Part shown: positions 21,348-30,236 of the stretch, in pieces
How the letters are laid out: the number at the start of each line of letters is the position of its first letter
Position numbering within the stretch: position 1 is the first letter of the stretch
DNA from: a virus
IMG/VR virus record: IMGVR_UViG_3300040801_001593
Span: 1-64,000 of that record
Reading direction: 5' to 3' (one strand)
Length of the DNA: 64,000 bases
Notes under the pieces: model-generated
The model's database searches: none
What the model saw: the letters and a program-made list of their open reading frames with translations, nothing else
What the model was told of the DNA's origin: nothing
Program-made: the position numbers and the translations under genes

Positions 21348-22295
21348 TTAGAAACCTTCCTTTAAAAGTTTAATCATATCAGGATTTACCTTTGTCACTA
21401 ATTTTTCTCCATAATCCAAGTATTCCTTAATGTGTTTAACACCATCAAGCTTGTCAAGCTTATTAGGTAGCTCAACATTAAGTCTAAATACCCTTACATT
21501 AGGATTCATTTGGTCTACATAATAGCCAGATAGCACTTGGTCTTGGGTAGCTTCTGCTCTTGCTTGACCTAAGTAAGACCCAATCTGTCTAATAGTTCTC
21601 ATTTTTCTGGCTTTGGAAATAGGGTTGTATTGATTAACATCTCCACAACCAATAGAGACAATTACTACCTTTTCATCTTTCCATTTTGCCAGAACCTCCA
21701 TAAGACTATTTTCAAGAGTACAACTATTAATACCTTGACCACCATCTTGGAACACTGCTCCTACCTTTTGACCAATACTGCCAGAAGGAGAAAAGTTCTT
21801 CCATCTGAAATTAGGTACAACCATCTTTCCAAAATATAGAACTGCACTCAATGCAGACCAAGCAATAACATCAATCAGTTTTTCACCACCATCTTTAACG
21901 TCATAACTTTTCAAGAAGTGAGTTCTCATAGAACAAAGGTTGAAAGTAGTAAGAATCATATTAGTCTTGGCATCTCTATACCTAAAGTCTTTAGGTATAT
22001 AGTCCTCCATAGTTTCAAGAAACTTATCCCTATCATACTTAACACCATGTCTAAGAAAATAGAAAGGGTTGAACTTGAATAATTTAGGAAGATGTTCAAG
22101 GTATAGCTCTTGAATATAAGCTGCACTTATACCATAACCAAGACAACCTCCAATTATAGCACCAGTAGAAGTTCCTGAGATGAGGTCAAATGTTTCATGA
22201 CTTTTCTCTCCAAGAGTTTCTTCTATGTACCTTAATACAGTTGCAGGGATTACTCCCTTACATCCGCCACCATCAATTTGAAGAATTTTTTTCAT
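21348..22295 (-). CDS. patatin-like phospholipase
   Basis: DGGGCKGV (oxyanion hole GGxKG), GTSTG (GxSxG nucleophile) and FQDGGQG (catalytic Asp, DGG) occur in canonical order. Confidence 0.85.
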   Translation of the reverse strand: MKKILQIDGGGCKGVIPATVLRYIEETLGEKSHETFDLISGTSTGAIIGGCLGYGISAAYIQELYLEHLPKLFKFNPFYFLRHGVKYDRDKFLETMEDYIPKDFRYRDAKTNMILTTFNLCSMRTHFLKSYDVKDGGEKLIDVIAWSALSAVLYFGKMVVPNFRWKNFSPSGSIGQKVGAVFQDGGQGINSCTLENSLMEVLAKWKDEKVVIVSIGCGDVNQYNPISKARKMRTIRQIGSYLGQARAEATQDQVLSGYYVDQMNPNVRVFRLNVELPNKLDKLDGVKHIKEYLDYGEKLVTKVNPDMIKLLKEGF

Positions 22296-22984
22296 TTGTT
22301 TAATCCCGCTTGGAATTTAAAGATATTGCTGGAGATTTTACAAAGCTCCATATCAATCAAATTTACATAAATAGGGTCTTTCTTATAGACTTCCCACCTT
22401 TTGAATAAATCCATTTGGTGAGCATCTTTCTTAAACCTTTTACCATCAAATGAGCTTCCTCCACCTCTTTCAGATAAGACCTTAACACCTTTGTGATAAG
22501 TATCTAAACAAAGTAGAGAAGCCACTGAACCCCTATAATCCTCAGAAGTAACCCAATCATTATACTTGATAGCAAGTACATTAGGGTTAACATTCTCAAA
22601 GAGCTTGGCTTGTTTTTTATAAAGCTCAATTCTTTTATTAATCCTTTTGAACATACCACCCCCACACTTCATAGAAGAAGCTATCCAGTTGAATGGGTCT
22701 CTAAGGACTACTGCCATATGAACCTCATCATAATCATTCCATATAGTAAGTTTCCTAACTTTCCCAACATTATCCACATTAAAGTCTTCCATGTTATAAA
22801 TGTGAACATCAGCCTTTCCATTGCCAAACTTGACTGGTTTAGTTTTATGGGCTGGTATAAAATCAGAACCATGTACCTTATAATCATTAAAGTGGATAGC
22901 AGGCTCTGAATTATATCCTATCCAATGTACTATGGCATGATGTCCACTTCTTTTCATACCAAAGATAATATATGCTTTTTTCAT
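22292..22984 (-). CDS. sulfotransferase-fold (P-loop) protein
   Basis: ATG at 22984 (MKKAYIIFGMKRSGHH). GMKRSGHH resembles the 5'-PSB loop and VLRDPFNWIASS resembles the RDP-x5-S 3'-PB motif of sulfotransferases. Overlaps the patatin start by 4 nt. Confidence 0.5.
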   Translation of the reverse strand: MKKAYIIFGMKRSGHHAIVHWIGYNSEPAIHFNDYKVHGSDFIPAHKTKPVKFGNGKADVHIYNMEDFNVDNVGKVRKLTIWNDYDEVHMAVVLRDPFNWIASSMKCGGGMFKRINKRIELYKKQAKLFENVNPNVLAIKYNDWVTSEDYRGSVASLLCLDTYHKGVKVLSERGGGSSFDGKRFKKDAHQMDLFKRWEVYKKDPIYVNLIDMELCKISSNIFKFQAGLNK

Positions 22985-22988
22985 TAGT

Positions 22989-23633
22989 TTACCTACCTTG
23001 AATATTGAACACAGATAAGGTATGCTTTTCATTGTGTACTATATGGCTTTTACAATTGCCATTAGTATGGATACCTGCTTCTGATAATAGAGTCATATAG
23101 TCTAAAGTAGACCTTGAAATAACATGAGGCTTTTTATCTCCTGCATCCTTCTCATAGAAACACAGTCTCTTAAGCCCAAGTAGATTATCTTTAAAACTTT
23201 TCAGTATCTTGATAACAAGCTCATCATCACAATGCTGTAGAACAGTAGTTGTCAAAACTTGCTCAATGTCAAATTTATACCTGATATTAAAAGTTTCAAC
23301 CTCTGTAAGATAAGGGTGGCTAAGGTGAACAAATCTTTTACCTTTGTTTCTTTTTCTTGCCAACTTAATAAGTTCTTTTGTCATATCAGCACCAACATAC
23401 TTAGAGAACTGCTGAGCATACCTACCTATACCGCAACCATAGTCAAGAGTTGGTAGGTAGGTATCTAAGTTTTTGAAAATGAAATTTGTTCTGATGTTGT
23501 AATTAATATCCTGTTCTTCAATAGCCCTACAATCAAACCCAACAGCACTCTCTTGGTGGGTCTTTGCTCTATCCTCCCAATAGGATTTGGCTTGGTCTTC
23601 ATTTAGCATCCTTAACAGCCTTTCTACCGCCAT
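22989..23633 (-). CDS. class I SAM-dependent methyltransferase
   Basis: Motif I LDYGCGIGRY, followed by acidic post-I and motif II-like segments. 214 aa. The start could instead be the internal MLNEDQ. Confidence 0.7.
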   Translation of the reverse strand: MAVERLLRMLNEDQAKSYWEDRAKTHQESAVGFDCRAIEEQDINYNIRTNFIFKNLDTYLPTLDYGCGIGRYAQQFSKYVGADMTKELIKLARKRNKGKRFVHLSHPYLTEVETFNIRYKFDIEQVLTTTVLQHCDDELVIKILKSFKDNLLGLKRLCFYEKDAGDKKPHVISRSTLDYMTLLSEAGIHTNGNCKSHIVHNEKHTLSVFNIQGR

Positions 23634-23943
23634 GGTTATAATTATGGTTGTATGCTTTTATTAAAGGGGCACAATTTTTACAAGTGCCATTCTTCTCAGT
23701 AGCTTCTTCCTTACCACAATGCCAACACATACCTGACTCTCTCAGAGAGAAGTTTCTAAATTTCATAGAGAGTTGTGCATTAGTAAAGTCTTCAAATATC
23801 CCATGTTTATCAACTTCTCTGAACTTAGCCCAATCAACACTAACTTTCTCAGCTTTCTTAGTTAGGTTCATGAAAAGTTTTTTGACACTTTCTTTTCTGA
23901 AAGTAACATCAACCTTTTTACCTTTAACCATTTTAATTGGCAT
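23599..23943 (-). CDS. hypothetical zinc-ribbon protein
   Basis: ATG at 23943 follows GGAAGGAG. CWHCG...CKNC. Confidence 0.55.
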   Translation of the reverse strand: MPIKMVKGKKVDVTFRKESVKKLFMNLTKKAEKVSVDWAKFREVDKHGIFEDFTNAQLSMKFRNFSLRESGMCWHCGKEEATEKNGTCKNCAPLIKAYNHNYNHGGRKAVKDAK

Positions 23944-24154
23944 CTTTAACTCCTTCCATAGCTGCAACTGCAGCATCTAATCTTCTTACAGTGACATCAG
24001 CTGAATCTACAGTAGTATCATTTACCCAAATTGCAAACCCAGTAAGTTTAGGGCTTTTAGGGCTTACATAGAACCGCCCTTGATTGGAAACATTAATACT
24101 CTCTAACCCTACATTAGCATGCTCACCTTTAAAAACTTCACCAACATCTATCAC
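23933..24154 (-). CDS. hypothetical protein (73 aa)
   Basis: GTG start 6 nt after AAAGGAG. Confidence 0.5.
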   Translation of the reverse strand: MIDVGEVFKGEHANVGLESINVSNQGRFYVSPKSPKLTGFAIWVNDTTVDSADVTVRRLDAAVAAMEGVKDAN

Positions 24155-24194
24155 AAATAGCTCCTTTAGTTATTATTTTAAGTTTCTAATAACT

Positions 24195-24223
24195 AATATA
24201 ATAAAATTTTTAATCGTTCGCTT
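24195..24223 (-). promoter_or_regulatory. weak member of the ACGATTAAA promoter family (leftward)
   Basis: The minus strand reads AAGCGA-ACGATTAAAAATTTTAT-TATATT, the same register as the promoter at 16370. Confidence 0.35.
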
Positions 24224-25184
24224 AATAAATCTTTAACAATGGTGAATTATAGAGGGATGGAGTCTCATACACCCTGCAAAGTTTATTCCAACCATCTCTA
24301 TTAGGTTCCACAACTGTAGAGTATTCATATTCTAAGTCCTCTACAAGTCTAACTACCTTCCAGTTAAGAATCATAAGCTTAATATAATCAAAAAGCTTTT
24401 TGACATCTTTGTGGTCTTCACCTCTACGCTTAATCATTAGCCTTAAAAAACCTTCAGGTGTTCCATCACAATCAAGGTAGCAATCTAAGTTCTTCTTGAA
24501 CTGGAAGCGATAGACAGACTTGACATTATCTCCTGAATCACCTCTAATAACTTTGTGCAACATTACCTTACTTTTGTCAGTAGTATCAAAATGCTTCTCT
24601 ACAACTTCATCAGTAGGAGGATTGCCATCTCCAAGTATGATAGTTAGATTTGGATATCTGGGAATCAGTTGCCACATATCCTTATCAGTTGAGAATAGAA
24701 ATATTTTACTATTCTGGTTTTTCTTGATGTAAGAAGCTATTACATCATCTGCTTCTTCTCCATCATGCCAAATAGAAGTGTGAGGAATATGTGCCATAAA
24801 ATCTTTGCAGATTTGCATAGGGTCATACCCAAGGTCTTCTTTCTCTCGGTTCCCTTTGTAGCGAATCCGTTCTTTTTCATTTTCTCCATCCCAACTCTTA
24901 TCAGGGGAGTGACTTGCAAGAGCTTCTTGATTATCTTCATAGAGTTTTCTTTTGCGAGTAGGAGACCTATCCTCACAAATGATAAGTTCAGGTATACTTC
25001 CACTCTCTGAGCAAAGGTTGATAGCCCTCTGCAACATCTTACATAGACCAAGTATACATCCTACATTAATCCCATCAGTGTTAATAGTTCCTTCATCCAT
25101 AGTTGCAAATAAACTTCTGTATACAGCATTAGAGAAATCTATCACAACTTTGGTACTGGTTATTTCTTTCATTCTTCTTTTCAC
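24222..25184 (-). CDS. 5'-3' exonuclease / flap endonuclease (Pol I 5'-nuclease, T5 D15-like)
   Basis: VVIDFSNAVYRSLFA, YKGNREK, EEADDVIASY, STDKDMWQL and VIRGDSGDNV match the conserved blocks of the 5'-nuclease family. GTG at 25184 lies 9 nt after AAGGAGGG; ATG at 25172 is an alternative start. Confidence 0.85.
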   Translation of the reverse strand: MKRRMKEITSTKVVIDFSNAVYRSLFATMDEGTINTDGINVGCILGLCKMLQRAINLCSESGSIPELIICEDRSPTRKRKLYEDNQEALASHSPDKSWDGENEKERIRYKGNREKEDLGYDPMQICKDFMAHIPHTSIWHDGEEADDVIASYIKKNQNSKIFLFSTDKDMWQLIPRYPNLTIILGDGNPPTDEVVEKHFDTTDKSKVMLHKVIRGDSGDNVKSVYRFQFKKNLDCYLDCDGTPEGFLRLMIKRRGEDHKDVKKLFDYIKLMILNWKVVRLVEDLEYEYSTVVEPNRDGWNKLCRVYETPSLYNSPLLKIY

Positions 25185-25522
25185 AGGTATCTTCCCTCCT
25201 TCGGGTTTAATATAATAAATTTTTAACTTGCTAAAAAGCTTTTTATTAAAATAAATTAAACAAAATAGAACAAACACTAATTATTCTGTTGTAAAAGTTT
25301 TATATTATTACTCAAAGTAGGGATAATTTTAACGGTGGGAAATACGGTTCCTATATAAAAAAATTTAATCGTACCCCCCCCTCTTAGTAGCGGTCAATGG
25401 CATTTAGTCTTAAAAGGTGGCTTATATAATAAATATATATTTATATAATAAATATATATATAATATAGGGCAGGTTGGAAGGGTAAACGGCAGAAGCCGT
25501 TCATCAATGAAAAAGGGATGGC

Positions 25523-25822
25523 ATGATACCTAGAATCCATAAGAAAAATGATGAAAAGATAGAGTATGGGAAACCTCATCAGTACCATACTAATGATGGG
25601 CTTAATACTTGCCAAGATTGTGGTGGAAGTTTTAAGAATAATGCAAAGTTTGTCTATGTTGATAAGAACTGTGAGTCTAAACTGGTTTGTGAACCATGTG
25701 TAAGAGAGGCAGTTAATAAAAAGTTGGTTATATTCTATGACACAGAAGATTTTTATGAGAAAAGATATGCATCTGGATTTATAGACAAGTTGGTAAAGGA
25801 GTTCCAAAATGTTAGAAATTAA
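25523..25822 (+). CDS. hypothetical Cys-rich protein
   Basis: 99 aa. CQDCGG...CEPC. First gene of the rightward late block. Confidence 0.55.
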   Translation: MIPRIHKKNDEKIEYGKPHQYHTNDGLNTCQDCGGSFKNNAKFVYVDKNCESKLVCEPCVREAVNKKLVIFYDTEDFYEKRYASGFIDKLVKEFQNVRN

Positions 25823-26141
25823 AAAAGTCCTTGACCTTCCTATCCAAAAAGGTTATATTAATTGGGACAACTTAGAAAAGAAAGTCCATGCAGCAATAGT
25901 AGCCTTGATTGAGAATGAGGAGATGGTGAAGGCAGGAGAAGCCCCTAAGCTTGGAGATGAAATAGACTTCTGTGCAAATGCCCCTGGTGATAAAGGCAAT
26001 ATGGTAAGATGGGCTTATAAGCTATACAGCCCTAGATTTCTTAAGGGCAAGCTATGGTGTTCAGGATTTATGCTTGGGAAATATATGAGTGAAAATGCTA
26101 ATGACCCATTATGGTTTCCTAAAACACAACAGAGGTTTTAA
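25809..26141 (+). CDS. hypothetical protein (positional candidate for small terminase)
   Basis: AAGGAG RBS. 110 aa. Lies immediately upstream of, and coupled (TAATG) to, the large terminase. There is no sequence motif support. Confidence 0.35.
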   Translation: MLEIKKVLDLPIQKGYINWDNLEKKVHAAIVALIENEEMVKAGEAPKLGDEIDFCANAPGDKGNMVRWAYKLYSPRFLKGKLWCSGFMLGKYMSENANDPLWFPKTQQRF

Positions 26142-28051
26142 TGAGCTTTGATAGAAAAAGAATTGCTTCAACTAATCAAGACATAAAGCGTCAAGGTGCA
26201 GATAATCTCAATGATTTCTACATGGATGAATTATTGAGTGGCTTAGATGAGCTTTCTATATCTGATGATGAGAGAAGAAGAGAGAACCGTATTGAGGACT
26301 TTGGTATTGAACAATTCCCTACTGGGTTTAGACCATACAATGGAGTGTGGAGATATGAACCTGTGGATTCTGTATACTTTTGTGATAAAATGTTGGGAGA
26401 AAAACCTACTCCTAAACAACAAGAGTTCTTTGATGTTGTATGTGGAAAAGACCCATTTGACATAACTGATTTGGGTTATAATGAAGCTGATTTAATGTGG
26501 GGTAAAGGAAGTGGTAAGGATTCTACAGCGGCAAAAACCATTACTTATCAGGCTTATAAATTATGTTGCATGGTAGACCCACAAGGCTCTTTAGGTCTAG
26601 GTGTTGGTTCACCTATTGACTTGATTAATGTTGCTGCAAATAGCCATCAAGCTAAAAATGTATTCTTTAAATACCTTCAATCATTTATAAAAAAATGTAG
26701 AGATGTTGATACTGGATATAACTGGTTTGCTACTAAGAACTTTCACTGGGATGCAGGTAAAAGAGATTTCAAGTATATGGACTTAAGAGAGAGGGATGGA
26801 GACATTAAGACTCGTGAAATTGATTTTGGAAGAAACATAACTTGCCACTCTCTTACTTCTGATAGGTTCACTGCTGAGGGTATGACAATTGTATTAGCAA
26901 TAATGGATGAAATAGGCGGAATGAGACCAGAGACTGTTTTTGGTGATGGTAAGAGTGATGGCAAATTAGTAGGTCAGCACAGGTCTATTGGTACATCTGT
27001 AAGACGTTCTTCAAAATATGGTAAGCTTGTTTGTATATCTTATAAATATGGCAAAAATTGCCCAATGACAATATTAGTCAAAAAGAACAAAACTGACCCA
27101 ACTAAATTTGTTAGGACTTACTCAACTTATGAGGTCAGGACTGATAAGACTGAGGAAGAGCTAAGGCAACAATTTGCTTCAGATTATAGAGAAGATCCTG
27201 AAATTGCAGCTATGATGTATGAGTGTAAAGACCCTGATGTAGAAAATGATGCATTTTTTAGCAATGAGTTTATAATCAGAGGAGCAATTGATTCCATTAA
27301 GAAGTACTCTGTAAACCCTTGCAAAGGTGGAATAATAACTACAACTGATGTTCACTTAGGTGTTGATGGAATATTAGAACCATGGTTCAAAGGCAACCCT
27401 GATTATTACTATACTCTACACGCTGACTTATCTAAAGGGCAGTTGTTTAAAAATGGAGATGCTGCCTCTATTGCTTTGGGGCACTTAGAAGAGATGAGGG
27501 TAAGTTATGATAAGGCTTGGGTTGAATATTATAAAAAAACTTATGGCATAGACTTATCAGAGTATGAAGGAGAATTGCGCGTTGGGGTTGTTATGGATTT
27601 AGTTCTACAACTAACATGTACAAAAGAGCAGAAAGAACTTAGGATTGCAGATGTGAGAAAATTTATAGAGGACTTGCAAGAAAAGAGAAACTTTGGTCTA
27701 ATGAAGGTTACTCTTGATAGATGGGGTTCTGCGGAAACTTTACAAGAGCTAGACCGGAAAGGTATAGCAGCAGAGTTATTATCTGTTGATAAAAGCTATG
27801 CACCTTGGCACACAACCAAGGATTATATGCAACAGGGGATATGGAAGACTTATAAACATCCAATATTACAAAGAGAGCTTTCAGAGTTAATAGATACTGG
27901 AAAGAAAATAGACCACCCTGTCATTAGCCAAAATAGATTTGTAGATGAAGGTATTGACAGAGGAAGTAAAGACTGTGCTGACTGTGGAGTAGCAGTAACT
28001 CACACCCTTGTGAAAGAACTTGTAGAAGGAGGAGGTGTTTTCTTTGGGTAA
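26141..28051 (+). CDS. terL: terminase large subunit
   Basis: Walker A WGKGSGKDS, Walker B VLAIMDEIGG. 636 aa. Followed by portal, protease, scaffold and capsid genes in canonical order. Confidence 0.85.
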   Translation: MSFDRKRIASTNQDIKRQGADNLNDFYMDELLSGLDELSISDDERRRENRIEDFGIEQFPTGFRPYNGVWRYEPVDSVYFCDKMLGEKPTPKQQEFFDVVCGKDPFDITDLGYNEADLMWGKGSGKDSTAAKTITYQAYKLCCMVDPQGSLGLGVGSPIDLINVAANSHQAKNVFFKYLQSFIKKCRDVDTGYNWFATKNFHWDAGKRDFKYMDLRERDGDIKTREIDFGRNITCHSLTSDRFTAEGMTIVLAIMDEIGGMRPETVFGDGKSDGKLVGQHRSIGTSVRRSSKYGKLVCISYKYGKNCPMTILVKKNKTDPTKFVRTYSTYEVRTDKTEEELRQQFASDYREDPEIAAMMYECKDPDVENDAFFSNEFIIRGAIDSIKKYSVNPCKGGIITTTDVHLGVDGILEPWFKGNPDYYYTLHADLSKGQLFKNGDAASIALGHLEEMRVSYDKAWVEYYKKTYGIDLSEYEGELRVGVVMDLVLQLTCTKEQKELRIADVRKFIEDLQEKRNFGLMKVTLDRWGSAETLQELDRKGIAAELLSVDKSYAPWHTTKDYMQQGIWKTYKHPILQRELSELIDTGKKIDHPVISQNRFVDEGIDRGSKDCADCGVAVTHTLVKELVEGGGVFFG

Positions 28052-28523
28052 TAAAGATTTAAAAGTGAACGATGAAATTGATGAGGTTCTTCTATCTGAG
28101 GAGCATGATTTTGTAGACACTATTGTAAAAGACCCTGTTGAGAATATTATTGAACACAATAAGGATAGGGCTAAGAAGAGAGAAGAAAGAGAAAAGAAAG
28201 AGAAAGAAATCCTTAAAAGGATGGAGAAGGATGTAAAGAGAGATAAAAGAACTGCTTGGTGGAAAAACTTCTTAAGCCTATTCCTACCTCCTACATGGAT
28301 TAAGTGGATACAATACTGGGAGGATTTATTACTTGTAATCTTTATAGATGCAACTCTTTTATCTATACTTTTCTCTCTCTTGGCAATAATGTATATTATA
28401 ATTACATTTGATGATGGAGATAACTGGATGGTTTTTGTGTGTAAACTTGTTGGAGCAGTATGCCTTGGAGTTTTAAGCTTGGTTGTTCAAATAAATACTA
28501 ATTCTCAGAATAAAGGGAAATAA
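28035..28523 (+). CDS. membrane protein with charged N-terminal half
   Basis: The start is GTG at 28035 or TTG at 28044, the latter 9 nt after AGGAGG. A K/E-rich segment is followed by two to three hydrophobic helices. Confidence 0.55.
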   Translation: MFSLGNKDLKVNDEIDEVLLSEEHDFVDTIVKDPVENIIEHNKDRAKKREEREKKEKEILKRMEKDVKRDKRTAWWKNFLSLFLPPTWIKWIQYWEDLLLVIFIDATLLSILFSLLAIMYIIITFDDGDNWMVFVCKLVGAVCLGVLSLVVQINTNSQNKGK

Positions 28524-28526
28524 AAT

Positions 28527-30236
28527 ATGCTCGGTACTTCAAAAATGGTATTAGGGAAATCTGCAAGTGTAAAAGGTATCCCAAGAAATAATATTTTATC
28601 AGGTTCTTATAATGGAGCCTATGGTGTGGATAATGCAGTAACTGATACAAGTGATATGGAAGTAACTAGAACTTTTATGACTGACGCTTATAGAGTATCA
28701 GAATGGATTAGGGCAATTGTTGATAGAGCTACAGAGAGAGTTGCAAAGGTAGAAGTATTCCCAAGACCTTTAGGAGCCAAGATTGGAACTAAGGATGGTG
28801 AATTAAACACTAAGACTCGCAAAGATATGGAAAATGTGATGAAGCTTCTCATGAAGCCAAACACTGATGGGGAAAGCTTTTCTTCTTTAAGAACAAAAGT
28901 GTATAGAGATATTTTGGTATATGATGAAGCAGGTATACAGATTGTTAATAATAGCAGATACTCTCAAACTAAAGAGAACCTTTCTCTATTTGCTAATGTG
29001 TCTGGTGAAGAGATTTTTGTAAACCCTAAGAGTAATGGAACATTACCTAAAACTAGAGCTTACTTGCAACTTAGAAATGGTCAAACTGAAATTGCAGCTT
29101 GGGGTAAGAATGACTTTATGAATTTTATCAGGAATGTGAGAGCAGGTTATTCAAATGGCTTCTCTCCTATTGAATCTTGTGTCACTTCTATTATGGGTGA
29201 CTTTGAGGCTATGAACTGGAATCTGAAATTTTTTGAAAACAATGCAAGACCTGATTTTGCATTCATATTTGAGAACTTAGGGTTTGGTAAGAGTGAGAAA
29301 GCTCTAGCAAAAGCAAAAGCTTGGTATGAGCAAAAGCACAAAGGCAATCCTCACTTGCCATTATTTATGGGTTCTGAGAAAGGTCAGGTAAAGCTTCAAG
29401 AGCTTAGAACTTCTCAGAAGGATATGGGATTCTTTGATTGGCAGACTATGCTACTTGCAAGGATGATGGCAGTATATGGTATGCAGTCTGTTGTATTAGG
29501 GGTTAATGGAACAGGAGATGCTATTGGTAAAATAGAAGCAGAGGTTCAAGGTTCAGAGTTCAAAAAGAACACCCTTATCCCTCTTGTGAAGATGTTCACC
29601 AATGTAATGAATTCAGGATTGGTTTGGAATGATTCTAATCTAAACTATGATGATATATATCTTACTTCTGAGAATCTTGATATTGATGATGAAAAGAAAC
29701 AAGCAGAAATTGATGAAGCTTATTTAGATAGAGGTGTAATAACTATTAATCAAGTTAGAAATAGATTACAAATGCCTCCTGTTGAATGGGGTTATATGCC
29801 ATTTGTACCTTTGAATTATGCCCCTTATGATACACTGGTTAAATACCAGCAATCTAAAATAGAGTCTAATATCAAAAGGGCTATGAGTGATGGTATTGAC
29901 AATAATGTGAATACACCAGAAGGTAATGAAGAAGCTAATAAAGAGATTTATGATGGAGGTATTGACCAAGCAGATATGACAGGACTTTATACTGCTCTTT
30001 ATGAATCTTCAAAAGACCCAAGTGAAGTTTATAGACATTCCGAGGTTATGAAAGAAGGCAAATTACTTACAGGTCTTGAAAAAGTTGAGCCTTCTATTGT
30101 TAAAGAAGTTATCAATAATATGATGAAGGAAAGAGAAACTAAGAACCATACTCCTATGAGCTATGGAGATGTTTCTCAAGGGAAGCTTTTTAGCACAGTA
30201 GATAGATTTGGTTTAAAATGGGGTAATATACTGTGA
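28527..30236 (+). CDS. portal protein
   Basis: 569 aa. Lies between the terminase and the protease/scaffold/capsid genes. This is an assignment by size and synteny. Confidence 0.7.
   Translation: MLGTSKMVLGKSASVKGIPRNNILSGSYNGAYGVDNAVTDTSDMEVTRTFMTDAYRVSEWIRAIVDRATERVAKVEVFPRPLGAKIGTKDGELNTKTRKDMENVMKLLMKPNTDGESFSSLRTKVYRDILVYDEAGIQIVNNSRYSQTKENLSLFANVSGEEIFVNPKSNGTLPKTRAYLQLRNGQTEIAAWGKNDFMNFIRNVRAGYSNGFSPIESCVTSIMGDFEAMNWNLKFFENNARPDFAFIFENLGFGKSEKALAKAKAWYEQKHKGNPHLPLFMGSEKGQVKLQELRTSQKDMGFFDWQTMLLARMMAVYGMQSVVLGVNGTGDAIGKIEAEVQGSEFKKNTLIPLVKMFTNVMNSGLVWNDSNLNYDDIYLTSENLDIDDEKKQAEIDEAYLDRGVITINQVRNRLQMPPVEWGYMPFVPLNYAPYDTLVKYQQSKIESNIKRAMSDGIDNNVNTPEGNEEANKEIYDGGIDQADMTGLYTALYESSKDPSEVYRHSEVMKEGKLLTGLEKVEPSIVKEVINNMMKERETKNHTPMSYGDVSQGKLFSTVDRFGLKWGNIL

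Noticed and set aside
22770-22778. Perfect DnaA-box TTATCCACA
   Set aside because: It is a single copy inside the sulfotransferase-fold coding sequence, which is consistent with chance. The ATCCATGA words in the iteron field only partially resemble a DnaA box.
25394-25807. 137-aa minus-strand ORF
   Set aside because: It overlaps the plus-strand gene 25523..25822 and AT-rich intergenic DNA, has low-complexity I/L/Y/F composition, and lacks an RBS.
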